DNA from: Deltaproteobacteria bacterium
Lineage (GTDB): Bacteria; Desulfobacterota; DSM-4660; Desulfatiglandales; HGW-15
DNA: 64,000 bases
NCBI GenBank assembly: GCA_016930835.1
Contig: JAFGGA010000204.1
Coordinates: forward strand, 10,783-74,782
Direction: 5' to 3'
In this document: positions 1-10,322 of the stretch, piece by piece
Layout of the letters: each line of letters begins with the position of its first letter
Numbering within the stretch: the first letter of the stretch is position 1
Position numbers and translations under genes: made by a program
Notes under the pieces: model-generated
Told to the model about the DNA's origin: nothing
Seen by the model: the letters and a program-made list of their open reading frames with translations, nothing else
Database searches by the model: none

Positions 1-1
1 G

Positions 2-196
2 AATACACTCACCTTTGGCGGCGTTTATAATCATCAGGATTCAAAATTCTTGGAAGGATACTGCAACCGCGTACCTTTAAGACGCATGGCCGATGAGTCT
101 GAATATAATGGCGCGGTCATTTTTTTGATATCCGATGCCTCCTCCTACATGACCGGATCAAATATGATCATTGACGGAGGATGGACGGCGCTATAA
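2..196 (+). CDS. C-terminal part of an SDR-family oxidoreductase (PtmA-like), truncated by window start
   Basis: Frame 2 reads [64 protein letters not shown], a typical SDR C-terminus; not in the ORF track. Confidence 0.85.
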   Translation, partial: NTLTFGGVYNHQDSKFLEGYCNRVPLRRMADESEYNGAVIFLISDASSYMTGSNMIIDGGWTAL

Positions 197-273
197 AGCA
201 CTTCTTTGAAAGCTATTTTGAAAATGAAACGGAGTCATCCACTCAAAGTGGCCGCAGATAACCTTAGAATGAA

Positions 274-308
274 TGGCTCAAGGCGCAGGGCACGGGGTGC
301 GGGGCTTA
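274..308 (+). repeat. G-rich heptamer array (5 units)
   Basis: tggctca aggcgca gggcacg gggtgcg gggctta. Confidence 0.8.
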
Positions 309-341
309 TAGTGGAATAATGTGTTGAAAGGAAAAGACATT

Positions 342-1805
342 ATGCATGCCGGAGATTTGATATCAAACTGGATCAATGGGCGCGAACAGCCAACCGTTAA
401 CGGCATGGTTTTCCAAAAAGTCGATCCCACAAACGGGAAACCATTGTGGGATGTATCCCGGTCAAACTTGGAAGATGTGCGGCAAGCCGTAAATGCCGCT
501 CGTCAAGCGCAGCCAAGTTGGGCGGATGTCCCCCCTGTAAAACGAGGATCGATATTGCATGAAATGGCCTTGGCGATGGGAAAAAGGCAGATGGAGATTG
601 CACGGATTGTGGCTTCAGAAACAGGCAAATCACTAAAAGATGCTGTGGCGGAGACCGAAGGGGCAATTTCCTTGGGGCTATTTTATGCCAGTGAAGGCCA
701 ACGGCTTTATGGCCGAACCACCACCAGTTCCATCCCCCAAAAATACGTCATGACGGTTCGTCAACCTGTCGGTGTCGCCGGACTTATCACTGCCGCAAAT
801 ACCCCTATCGCAAACGTGGCCTGGAAAATTTTTCCAGCGCTGATATGCGGTAACGCCGTCGTCTTAAAAGCCGCGGAAGACACACCGGCAACCGCCTGGA
901 TTATGGGACTTATTGCACACGAATGCGGCCTGCCCCAGGGTATATTGAATATTATCCAAGGTTACGGTGAAGAAGCCGGTCGACCCCTGGTGGAACATCA
1001 TGATGTCGATATCATCAGCTTCACCGGATCAACGGCAGTAGGTCGTTTTATTCACCAAACAGCAGGTAAGCGACTGGCCAAGGTTTCACTTGAATTGGGG
1101 GGAAAGAATCCAATCGTCATTTGTGATGATGCAGATCTTGGCAATGCCAACAAATGGACTGTTTTATCGGCCTTCAGCAACGCAGGACAAAGATGTGCAT
1201 CCGGGAGTCGGATCATCATCTTCAACGACATCTATGCTCAGTTCCGCGACATGCTTGTTCGTCACACCAACGAACTGAAGATCGGCCCAAGAGATGAGGA
1301 TGATTTTGGACCCGTTATCAACAAAAAACAATTGGATCACATGTTGGCCGTTGTGGATCGTGCACAAAAAAATGGGGCGTTGATCTTAACCGGTGGAACT
1401 CGGTTAAATGATCCGGACCATGCAAATGGATTTTATATGGCGCCGACATTATTAGAAAATGTTAAGCCGCGTGATGAAATATCAACCACTGAGCTATTCG
1501 GACCCATCGCATGTCTCTACAGGGTGAACAATTTTCAAGAGGCCTTGACATTGGCGAATGATTCACCCTATGGTTTAACAGCGTGTATCCATACGAGAAG
1601 CCTACATCGGGCCATGGAGTTTACAAAACGTGTTCAGTCCGGAGTCGCAATCGTTAATGCCGGTACATATGGAAGTGAGCCCCATATGCCCTTCGGCGGC
1701 TTGAAAGCGTCCGGTAATGGCTGGCGTGAACCCGGAACCGAGGCAATCGACATCTATTCAGAACTGAAAAATATTTACATCAACACGGATCCGGCATTTC
1801 TATAA
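342..1805 (+). CDS. NAD(P)-dependent aldehyde dehydrogenase
   Basis: FTGSTAVG, LELGGKNP, catalytic Cys in NAGQRCAS, ELFGP, PFGGLKASG; ATG 342 follows GAAAGGAAA (ORF track start is GTG 321). Confidence 0.95.
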   Translation: MHAGDLISNWINGREQPTVNGMVFQKVDPTNGKPLWDVSRSNLEDVRQAVNAARQAQPSWADVPPVKRGSILHEMALAMGKRQMEIARIVASETGKSLKDAVAETEGAISLGLFYASEGQRLYGRTTTSSIPQKYVMTVRQPVGVAGLITAANTPIANVAWKIFPALICGNAVVLKAAEDTPATAWIMGLIAHECGLPQGILNIIQGYGEEAGRPLVEHHDVDIISFTGSTAVGRFIHQTAGKRLAKVSLELGGKNPIVICDDADLGNANKWTVLSAFSNAGQRCASGSRIIIFNDIYAQFRDMLVRHTNELKIGPRDEDDFGPVINKKQLDHMLAVVDRAQKNGALILTGGTRLNDPDHANGFYMAPTLLENVKPRDEISTTELFGPIACLYRVNNFQEALTLANDSPYGLTACIHTRSLHRAMEFTKRVQSGVAIVNAGTYGSEPHMPFGGLKASGNGWREPGTEAIDIYSELKNIYINTDPAFL

Positions 1806-1986
1806 TTACCTTCATACCTGTCCAGATAAGATTTCCGGGGGTACGGGGATCTCCTTGCGGAATCGAAAAAAGAGAAAACTGGTAACCATTTAGGTTTTTC
1901 TAAGTCCAAACGATTGGATTTCGCGCCAAATTTTTCAAAAATCTAAAATGATACGAAAACTGAAATGAACCCTGTTATGGACCTTA

Positions 1987-3021
1987 TTGAAGAACAACAA
2001 TCTCAATAATGAAAAAGATCGAATAAAATCTCTTTTGGATACCGATATCAACCAATATAGGTTTATGAATAAAGTGAACTCCACTCTGTTTGAGCACGAT
2101 ACCGATTTCTCTCAAACATCATATTATAGCTCTCTTAAACGTGTTCCCGCATGGCTGAAAACCCATGTGGATCGGTATCGGAACGATCCGTTCTTTCGCG
2201 AGGTATCCAATGAAAAAGCGAACAGGATTCGTCAATATGTGAGGGGGAAGGCATACAAGGATAATATCGATCTAGCGGAATATCAAATTGAACTTTGGTT
2301 GGATGACAATATTGATTTTCTGATCTGGCTATACGGATACTATGAAATCCATGAAAGTCGCATGTTTTTAAGCCTTTTAAAACCGGATAATGTGGTTGTG
2401 GATGTAGGTGCGAATATCGGTTACTATTCTTTATTGGCTGCATCACGGACAGGTAATGGAGGAAAGGTTTTCGCCTTTGAGCCCGTCCCTCTAACATTTT
2501 TCAGGTTGAAAAAGAATGTTCAACGTATCGAATGCGTTGAAGCACTTCAGATGGCTTGCGGTGATGAGGATGGTTTTACCGAAATCTATATTTCTGATTT
2601 TAGGGTAAATGGCCAGAGCGGTTGTTCACGAATTCTGTCCCCTCTGCCGAACAATCCAAACATCAAGGAAAAGGTCCCATTAATCCGGTTGGATACGTTT
2701 TTCGGGGGGAAAAAACAGACCAAGATTGATCTCATGAAAATCGATACAGAGGGATATGAATTAAAAGTCCTGATGGGCTCTGAAAATATTCTACGTGACA
2801 ACAAGGATATCAAAATCCTCCTTGAAATGAATGAAAAATATATCCGGATGTGCGGTTCCACTCCCGAGGATTTTTTCGATTATTTAGAGGGGTTCGGGTT
2901 ACATCCCTGGCGTCTTGTTTACACCGAGGCCAGTAAGTGGATATTTCAAGAAGATAATGGTTTTCAAGGCAATCGTTCTTTGCATCTTTTTTCAAGAAAT
3001 TACCCGATATCCCACACCTAA
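1987..3021 (+). CDS. FkbM-family SAM methyltransferase with N-terminal extension
   Basis: VDVGANIGYYS, AFEP, KIDTEGYE motifs; TTG start supported by the synonymous-substitution pattern against a paralogous start at 35903. Confidence 0.9.
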   Translation: MKNNNLNNEKDRIKSLLDTDINQYRFMNKVNSTLFEHDTDFSQTSYYSSLKRVPAWLKTHVDRYRNDPFFREVSNEKANRIRQYVRGKAYKDNIDLAEYQIELWLDDNIDFLIWLYGYYEIHESRMFLSLLKPDNVVVDVGANIGYYSLLAASRTGNGGKVFAFEPVPLTFFRLKKNVQRIECVEALQMACGDEDGFTEIYISDFRVNGQSGCSRILSPLPNNPNIKEKVPLIRLDTFFGGKKQTKIDLMKIDTEGYELKVLMGSENILRDNKDIKILLEMNEKYIRMCGSTPEDFFDYLEGFGLHPWRLVYTEASKWIFQEDNGFQGNRSLHLFSRNYPISHT

Positions 3022-3049
3022 CATCAAGGATCCAGTCTCCAGAAACACC

Positions 3050-3808
3050 ATGAAAGCGATCGCACTCATCCCGGCCCGTTCAGGATCTCTCCGCGTTCCA
3101 GATAAAAATGTCAGGCCGCTGTCAGGGCATCCCCTGATGGCTTATACCATCTCAGCGGCCATTAAAAGCAGGCTATTTGAAGCGGTCATGGTATCGACCG
3201 ACTCCGAATACTATGCGGAGGTGGCCCGTTATTATGGCGCGGAGGTTCCTTTTTTAAGACCATCGGCAATGGCCAGCGAGTGCTCGCCGGATATCGAGTG
3301 GATTGAATACACACTTAAGCAGTTGGAGGATGAAGGGCATCAATACGATTGTTTTTCCATTTTAAGACCCACCAGTCCGTTTCGCCAAGTGAATACAATA
3401 AAACGCGCATGGAAAGCATTTACCTCTGACAAGACGATCGATTCCCTGAGGGCCGTTGAGAAGTGTAAACAACATCCCGGCAAGATGTGGGTGATACGTG
3501 GAAACAGGATGATGCCGCTCTTGCCTTTAAACGAATCAAACCAACCTTGGCATAGCCGCCCTTATCAATCGCTGCCCGAAGTATATGTGCAGAACGCCAG
3601 CCTTGAAATGGCTTGGACACGCGTTGTTTTGGAAACGCACACCATCTCCGGAAATCACGTTATGCCGTTTTTCACCGAGGATTATGAAGGGTTTGACATC
3701 AATGACCCGTATGATTGGCAATTGGCCGAACAATTGGTCAAAACCGGAAAGGCACGACTGCCCAAGGTCGGCCTAGAACCTTTTATTTTTATAAAGAGAT
3801 TACCATGA
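3050..3808 (+). CDS. neuA: Acylneuraminate (CMP-ulosonate) cytidylyltransferase
   Basis: IPARSGSLRVPDKN, VSTDS, PFLRP, LRPTSPFR, DINDPYD motifs; start at MKAIALIP. Confidence 0.9.
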   Translation: MKAIALIPARSGSLRVPDKNVRPLSGHPLMAYTISAAIKSRLFEAVMVSTDSEYYAEVARYYGAEVPFLRPSAMASECSPDIEWIEYTLKQLEDEGHQYDCFSILRPTSPFRQVNTIKRAWKAFTSDKTIDSLRAVEKCKQHPGKMWVIRGNRMMPLLPLNESNQPWHSRPYQSLPEVYVQNASLEMAWTRVVLETHTISGNHVMPFFTEDYEGFDINDPYDWQLAEQLVKTGKARLPKVGLEPFIFIKRLP

Positions 3809-5730
3809 TAAAAATCAAAATAATCCCTCGCGAGGCATTTAACCAACTCCAGGAGATGGACATCGATAAATACGCCAAAATGTCGCTGATTGCCGACATG
3901 TGCCGAGCCAATACACTTTCAGCGGTCAAACTGGCCGGCTCGGGTCATCTGGGCTCCAGTTTCAGCGCAATGGATATTGTATCGTGGTTATATTATCAGG
4001 AAATGAATACCCTTCATGAAGGAATACATTCTCAGAATCGCGATATCTATTTTTCTTCAAAAGGGCATGATGTCCCCGGACTCTATTCCATCCTATATTC
4101 AGCGGGCATTATTCCCAAGGAAAAATTTCTTAAGCTCCGTCGGATTGACGGTCTGGACGGCCATCCTCACATAAGTATCCCCGGCATCGAAGCCAACAGC
4201 GGATCTCTTGGGATGGGGATATCCAAGGCAAAAGGAATGGCGTTCGCGAAAAATCTACTGAAACGATCCGGTCGTTTATTCGTCTTGACCGGCGATGGCG
4301 AACTCCAGGAAGGACAAATTTATGAGGCTCTCCAGTCAACGGTTCATCAAAAGCTGAACAACCTAAATGTAATCGTGGATCATAATAAGGTCCAATCTGA
4401 TAAACCCGTTTGTGAGATCATTGATCTAAGGGATTTGGAGACCAAATTCCGTGCGTTCGGGTGGTATGTGGAGCGTTGTGATGGTCATGATTTCAGGCAA
4501 CTCGAACAAGTGCTGGCACGATTTCGAGAGATTAACGACAAGCCCAAGATCCTGATTGCCGACACCATTAAAGGCAAAGGTGTCTCATTCATGGAGCACC
4601 CGAATTCGCTAAAAGATGGTAATGGCCTCTACCAATGGCATTCCGGTGCGCCTGACGATATATCATTTTTGACGGCCCAGGATGAGCTTTTTACCCGTAT
4701 CCATCATGCCTTGTCAAACAAAGGCCTGCCATCAATCGCTGCTCAGGAAATATCCCATGAAAAAAAATCATCCGGAGTCACATCCGAATATGTATCCGAT
4801 GCCTTTGGTGAATCGCTTGTTCATCTTGCAGCTGAACGGGACGATATAGTGGTCTTGGATGCCGATTTGGCCGCGGATTGTCACCTGAGGGAATTTGAAA
4901 AAAAATATCCGGATCGTTTTATTGAAAACGGGATAGCCGAGCAAGATATGGTCTCCATGGCCGGGGGACTGGCCATCCAAGGTCTCCTGCCGGTGGTCAA
5001 CACATTCGGGGCCTTTCTGGCCTCGAGGGCAAATGAACAGATATATAATAACACAAGTGAAAACACCCGGATCATTTACGTATGTCATTACGCCGGTTTA
5101 ATCCCTGCAGGTCCAGGGCTATCCCACCAATCTCTTCGAGATATATCTCTGTTCAGCGCTCTTCCGAATACGGAGATCATTCAACCCGCTAATGCAACTG
5201 AAACACGCATGGTGGTCGATTATTGTATCAACCATGCGAAGGGAAATTGTGTGATCCGCGTGGTCATCGGGCCTTCTCCACGTCATCTCAATCTGCCCGC
5301 CGGTTATCGACTGCGACCTGGAGTTGGTGCAACCTTGAGGGAAGGAAAAGATGCCGTACTATTTGCCTATGGACCGGTCATGCTGCATGAGGCCTTGGAA
5401 GCAGCCGAGATCTTGGAAAACAACGGCTTGACATTAACCGTCATCAACATGCCCTGGCTGAATCGTGTCGATCCTTCGTGGCTGAAGGGCGCTGTCGATG
5501 CGTATTCTTCGGTGTATGTATTAGAAGACCATGCCATCGTCGGCGGTCTTGGGAATACCATCCTCAACAAAATGGCTCAATTACAGATGCTGGATCATCG
5601 ACGTTTTGGGATATTCGGCATTCAAGGAATGCCCGCATGGGGAACCCCATCTGAGGTTTTACATTTCCATGGATTAAGCGGCCCGGATTTGGCAAAGTCG
5701 ATTATCAAAGATCACGAGGTCAAAGCATAA
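3805..5730 (+). CDS. Single-chain transketolase-like TPP enzyme
   Basis: SGHLGSS, SKGHD, GSLGMG, GDGELQEG TPP motif, TIKGKG, GIAEQDM; ATGA overlap with neuA stop. Confidence 0.9.
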   Translation: MIKIKIIPREAFNQLQEMDIDKYAKMSLIADMCRANTLSAVKLAGSGHLGSSFSAMDIVSWLYYQEMNTLHEGIHSQNRDIYFSSKGHDVPGLYSILYSAGIIPKEKFLKLRRIDGLDGHPHISIPGIEANSGSLGMGISKAKGMAFAKNLLKRSGRLFVLTGDGELQEGQIYEALQSTVHQKLNNLNVIVDHNKVQSDKPVCEIIDLRDLETKFRAFGWYVERCDGHDFRQLEQVLARFREINDKPKILIADTIKGKGVSFMEHPNSLKDGNGLYQWHSGAPDDISFLTAQDELFTRIHHALSNKGLPSIAAQEISHEKKSSGVTSEYVSDAFGESLVHLAAERDDIVVLDADLAADCHLREFEKKYPDRFIENGIAEQDMVSMAGGLAIQGLLPVVNTFGAFLASRANEQIYNNTSENTRIIYVCHYAGLIPAGPGLSHQSLRDISLFSALPNTEIIQPANATETRMVVDYCINHAKGNCVIRVVIGPSPRHLNLPAGYRLRPGVGATLREGKDAVLFAYGPVMLHEALEAAEILENNGLTLTVINMPWLNRVDPSWLKGAVDAYSSVYVLEDHAIVGGLGNTILNKMAQLQMLDHRRFGIFGIQGMPAWGTPSEVLHFHGLSGPDLAKSIIKDHEVKA

Positions 5731-5756
5731 GGCCTTACGCCCTGAGCCTTACGCCA
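5729..5756 (+). repeat. C-rich heptamer array before a start codon
   Basis: aaggcct tacgccc tgagcct tacgcca, ending 6 nt before ATG 5763. Confidence 0.75.
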
Positions 5757-5762
5757 TTTTTC

Positions 5763-8645
5763 ATGCTTTCCACCATCGCCTTCATAGAAAATGACATGTA
5801 TGTCCGGAATTTTATTACGTCCGGGGCGTTCGATTTTTTGATGCGTGATGATGGTTTTGCTTTCTGTGTCTCTGAGATTGTTCAAAAATTAAAGGGTTCA
5901 ATCCCCGCTGAAAGAATAATCAAGACCTATGAACGAAATAAAAAAAATATTTCCCTCACCTATCGATTTAATAAGATTTCTACCTTGGCATTAAGAGAAA
6001 AATCATCCACTCTTGATATCAAGGCCAAAAAAGGCTGGTTCGGTGAATATACCCATGAAGATCGTCTCATGGCCTCTGTAAAGGACTACAACCTTACCCG
6101 GCAATACTTTTTAAAATGCTTTGAGAATAATCATACCATTGAAGCCATCATAAAGGAACACCGGCCCGGTCTGGTCATTTTCCCGGTGACCGGCGTGGAA
6201 TCCACCGGCACGGAGCTTATTCTACTGTCTCAAAAATATCATTTTCAAACCCTTTTCCTGGTGAATGGGTGGGATAATCTGTCCAGTAAAGGGATCTTCC
6301 CCGTTCTACCCGACTATCTGGGCGCTTGGGGACCCCAATCCCTTGTGGACGCGGTTGAGATACAAGGGATGCGACCTCACCGCGTTTTTTTACTTGGATC
6401 GGCAAGATACGAAGACTATTTCAAATCGGAGAATTTACATACATCTCCATTTTCACATCAACACATATTATTCGCGGGCGCCACCACCCCCTGCGATGAA
6501 ATCACACCCCTTCAAATCATTGAACAAGCCATGGAAGATCTTGGGATTGACGATACCCAGGTCGTTTACAGGCCCCATCCCTGGCGGGAAAAGCGCAACT
6601 GTTTTGACGTATTCGAACCGGAAAAATATAAACACATCATATTAGATCCCCAGATTGAACACGATTATTTTAACGAAAAACAGCGAGGTACCGAATCGGT
6701 CTCCAGCCAGAATTTTCCGAGATTGAATTATTATCCAAGCCTTGTGAAGCATGCCCTCTTTGCCGTATCACCCATGTCGTCTATGAGTTTGGAAGCCGCT
6801 CTTTTTGACGTTCCGGTTATCATATTGGCCAACAAAGACGAATATCACCCGGTTCCCCCCGATTTACAGGCTGCGTATAAACATTTTGAAGGGGCGGATG
6901 AGGTACCAGGCTGGTTCTTTATCCATGACCTTAACGCGCTGAAGGAACGATTCAAAGAACTATTTATTCGATTCAAGAATGAATCCCCTGCAAACCGGCA
7001 ATACAAAGGAATCCTTTCCAATGCAATGAAAAAGTATCTCTATTTTGACAATCAATCCTACGCGCAACGACTTTTCAATGCCACAAATGAGATCCATGCA
7101 GGCATGCTGGAAAGAGGATGGCGATCAGATATGATGAACGCCATTCAAACGAACCACCGGGATATTCAATCTAAGAGAATAGACGATGAAGATATTTTAA
7201 AAGAAGCAGACCGGTTGAGTCGCATCGGTGATACGAATGGCGCTTTATCCGCTTATGGACGGATAATCCAATCAACACCCGAACATGTGGATGTCCATTA
7301 TAAAATGGCACTCTTATATTATCAGATCGGGCAATTGAACCTTGCCGTTGAACATTTTAAAAAGATCGCTGAACTTGAACCCGGGGAGGTATCCGTTCTG
7401 AATAATCTGGGAGTCCTTTGCTATGAGACAAGGCAATACCTTGACGCGATTGACTACCTGCAAAGGGCCTTGGGAAAAAGCCCGAATTATCCGGATGCCT
7501 GGCATAACCTTTCAAGGGTTTATCTGGCTCTAAAACAAGAAGAAAATGCGGCTAGGGCCTTAACGGAATGTCTCACGAGGGCGCCGGATCATGATCTTGC
7601 ACGTGAAACCTTGGGCCAACTCCATCCTGAAAATATCCAGCCCATCATTGCTTCCATGCCCAGAGTCTCATTGCCGTGCAAGAACCAGTCATCCATCAAT
7701 CTTATGAATAAAGACTACTCCGGTCATCGAATCGTTCGCGAAAATGGCCGAATGTATATCGAAAACGGAAAAGGTCGGGAACATTTTCGTGTTCACCTGG
7801 TCAGTGCTCGATGGACAAACCATCCTTGGGGCTACGGTAATGAGGCCTTTCGCGCACTTATCCGAATGGGGTTTGATGTGATTGACACGGACTTTCGGCA
7901 TGATTTTGACCAACTATCGGAACTCCTTCAACAAGAGGCCCACCTCACCCTTGTATTGAAAGGCGATCGCATCCCGCCCGATCTGATCCGACGAATTCCC
8001 GGGTTCAGTATCCTCTGGTATCCGGATGACCTTCTGGTCACCGAGCACGGTCCTCGTGATATCGCCTATAATGGACATGCATTTGACCGCGTTTATGGAT
8101 TTGCAAAATATGATTTGGCGGAATACGAAAAATATGGCGTACAGGATATTCGATGGCTCCCTTTATCGTGCGACCCATACACCCATCGGAAACTGAACTT
8201 ACCCAAGAGTTACGATCTCTCCTTTGTAGGCAACATCTATCCCAACCGCCGAGCGATGCTCGATCGATTAAAAAAATCCTTTAATATATATATTACACGG
8301 GCCTTTGGTGAAAAGATGGTTCGCATCTTCAATCAATCCAAGATCGTCCTGAACCTGGGCATCGGATCAGGCGGTATCCAGCACAGGGTTTTTGAGGCAC
8401 TGGCCTGCGGTTCTATGTTTTTAACCAATGAATTGCCTGGAGAAGAACGCATCTTCCAAGACCGGGTTCATCTTGTCTATTACAATGAAGAGAACCTTGA
8501 AACCCTCATCCAATACTATTTGGACCATGAGGATGAGCGTGAAGCCATTGCAAAACAAGGGCATGATGAGGTGCTTGAGAAGCACACCTTTGAACATCGA
8601 ATGGACCGGATCATTCAGGATATCTTTCAACCGGAGATCCCATGA
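5763..8645 (+). CDS. Multidomain glycosyltransferase: GT-B-like (HP motif) domain + TPR + CgeB-like GT domain
   Basis: N-terminal WDNLSSKG, YRPHP, SSMSLEAA; central TPRs; C-terminal FVGN...KIVLN...RVFEALACG...HTFEHRM. Confidence 0.75.
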   Translation: MLSTIAFIENDMYVRNFITSGAFDFLMRDDGFAFCVSEIVQKLKGSIPAERIIKTYERNKKNISLTYRFNKISTLALREKSSTLDIKAKKGWFGEYTHEDRLMASVKDYNLTRQYFLKCFENNHTIEAIIKEHRPGLVIFPVTGVESTGTELILLSQKYHFQTLFLVNGWDNLSSKGIFPVLPDYLGAWGPQSLVDAVEIQGMRPHRVFLLGSARYEDYFKSENLHTSPFSHQHILFAGATTPCDEITPLQIIEQAMEDLGIDDTQVVYRPHPWREKRNCFDVFEPEKYKHIILDPQIEHDYFNEKQRGTESVSSQNFPRLNYYPSLVKHALFAVSPMSSMSLEAALFDVPVIILANKDEYHPVPPDLQAAYKHFEGADEVPGWFFIHDLNALKERFKELFIRFKNESPANRQYKGILSNAMKKYLYFDNQSYAQRLFNATNEIHAGMLERGWRSDMMNAIQTNHRDIQSKRIDDEDILKEADRLSRIGDTNGALSAYGRIIQSTPEHVDVHYKMALLYYQIGQLNLAVEHFKKIAELEPGEVSVLNNLGVLCYETRQYLDAIDYLQRALGKSPNYPDAWHNLSRVYLALKQEENAARALTECLTRAPDHDLARETLGQLHPENIQPIIASMPRVSLPCKNQSSINLMNKDYSGHRIVRENGRMYIENGKGREHFRVHLVSARWTNHPWGYGNEAFRALIRMGFDVIDTDFRHDFDQLSELLQQEAHLTLVLKGDRIPPDLIRRIPGFSILWYPDDLLVTEHGPRDIAYNGHAFDRVYGFAKYDLAEYEKYGVQDIRWLPLSCDPYTHRKLNLPKSYDLSFVGNIYPNRRAMLDRLKKSFNIYITRAFGEKMVRIFNQSKIVLNLGIGSGGIQHRVFEALACGSMFLTNELPGEERIFQDRVHLVYYNEENLETLIQYYLDHEDEREAIAKQGHDEVLEKHTFEHRMDRIIQDIFQPEIP

Positions 8646-10309
8646 AATTCGGCAGCGTTGACATGTTTATGGATTTAAGCAACTGGGGCTATCGTATGGG
8701 TAGACCCGTGGCCAATGAAGGTTTTTTGAAAGCCTTGCTGACTTACGGCAGCTATGATGAATATGAATTCTTTTGCCCTGATTCATTCCATATGGATTAT
8801 TTTTTAAAAAGGATTTCCAGGATAATAGATGATCCTCAGAATATCAAAAGGGTAAAACCGTCCCTCCAAATCGCATTGTCCGAATCCATTCGAACGGAAA
8901 AATATCAAATATTTCATATGGGTGATTTCACGTATTTCATGCCCTATCTTATTGGAATGCGAAATCGACTTGCCGAAAACCCTTTCCCCATTACCGGTAT
9001 AACCCACTCTCTGGATGCTCTCTATATGAACCTTCGATATCTGGAACTTGTTTATGCCTGCCCTGCATCCTTTGACGGAATCATCTGTACAAGCCAAGCT
9101 GCGAAGCAAAGTGTTGAAAAGGGACTTAATAGGCTTTTCAAAAGGGTAAACGAGGTCACCCGTAAAACATTGGACCTGCCAGTAAGATTCAAGAAGATTC
9201 CATTAGGTATTGATGATGATCTTTTTAACCAAACGGATAAGGCTGATGCCAGAAGATATTTTCATATTCCGGATCATGCGGTCGTGGCGCTCTCAGTGGG
9301 ACGGCTGTCATTGAGGCAGAAATGCGACTGGTCGCCGGTCTTTGAGCTTTTATCGAGGATGTATAAAAATGAAAACATCGAAAATCTCCTTCTCCTTTTT
9401 GCCGGCGGCGCTGATGAATCGGATGTATCCCTTTTGGAAGCACTCATTTCTCGCTATTGCTTAGAGGAGAAAGTTCTTCTCTTGCCCAATTTTTCCGCAG
9501 ACATAAAGACCCGGCTCTATAAGGCCGCGGATTTTTATATCTCTGTTGTAGATAACTTCCAGGAAACCTTTGGGTTAAATATCATAGAAGCCATGGCGTC
9601 CGGACTACCGGTAATCGCATCCGATTTTAGTGGATACCGTGAAAGCGTTGTAAACAATAAAAACGGTTTTTTAATCTCCACCCGATGGCTCTCCGAGCTT
9701 CCGGAATTTCTCAATGAAAACCTGGCCGTTCTTGACCCTTCATTGACAAAGCTCTATTTATCACAGACCGTGGCCCTTGATCTGGATCAACTGCATCGAG
9801 CCATCAAGACCCTTTACCAAGAGGATATGCTGAGAAAATCAATGGGATTCCAATCCATCATCATGGCGAAGCAATATCGATGGGAAAACATCATTCATTC
9901 CTATGAAGACTTCTGGGCTTCCCTGGCCGAAGAGGCGTCGAGTTCAAAGTATGGCGCATTAAAAACAAACCTGGACATCCTGGAGGGAGAAATTTTGAAT
10001 ACATTTTCCCATTATCCTTCGTATATTTTATCGGAGAATGATGAATTTTCCATTACCCGCGTAGGACAGGATGTTTTGGACAACAAGATCGCACTGACCA
10101 AATATCAAGACGTCTCCGTCTGCTTTTTTGATGAACTTGAACATCTCATTCTTAATCTGTTGTTAACAGGGAATCTCTCCCTAGAGTCGATAAAAGATTA
10201 TGCCGCTGAAAAATTAGAAGCCACTCGCGGACAGACTCTGTTTCATTTGGGTTGGTTGCTAAAACATGGGGCAATAAGAGTAAGCAAGGCGCATGGCGTA
10301 AAGATCTGA
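8642..10309 (+). CDS. GT4 glycosyltransferase with C-terminal helical extension
   Basis: DNFQETFGLNIIEAMASGLPVIASDFSGYRE; ATGA overlap. Confidence 0.9.
   Translation: MKFGSVDMFMDLSNWGYRMGRPVANEGFLKALLTYGSYDEYEFFCPDSFHMDYFLKRISRIIDDPQNIKRVKPSLQIALSESIRTEKYQIFHMGDFTYFMPYLIGMRNRLAENPFPITGITHSLDALYMNLRYLELVYACPASFDGIICTSQAAKQSVEKGLNRLFKRVNEVTRKTLDLPVRFKKIPLGIDDDLFNQTDKADARRYFHIPDHAVVALSVGRLSLRQKCDWSPVFELLSRMYKNENIENLLLLFAGGADESDVSLLEALISRYCLEEKVLLLPNFSADIKTRLYKAADFYISVVDNFQETFGLNIIEAMASGLPVIASDFSGYRESVVNNKNGFLISTRWLSELPEFLNENLAVLDPSLTKLYLSQTVALDLDQLHRAIKTLYQEDMLRKSMGFQSIIMAKQYRWENIIHSYEDFWASLAEEASSSKYGALKTNLDILEGEILNTFSHYPSYILSENDEFSITRVGQDVLDNKIALTKYQDVSVCFFDELEHLILNLLLTGNLSLESIKDYAAEKLEATRGQTLFHLGWLLKHGAIRVSKAHGVKI
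10287..10300 (+). repeat. G-rich heptamer pair in the last codons of a gene
   Basis: aggcgca tggcgta, 6 nt before the stop codon at 10307-10309. Confidence 0.55.
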
Positions 10310-10322
10310 GCGATAGAGAATC

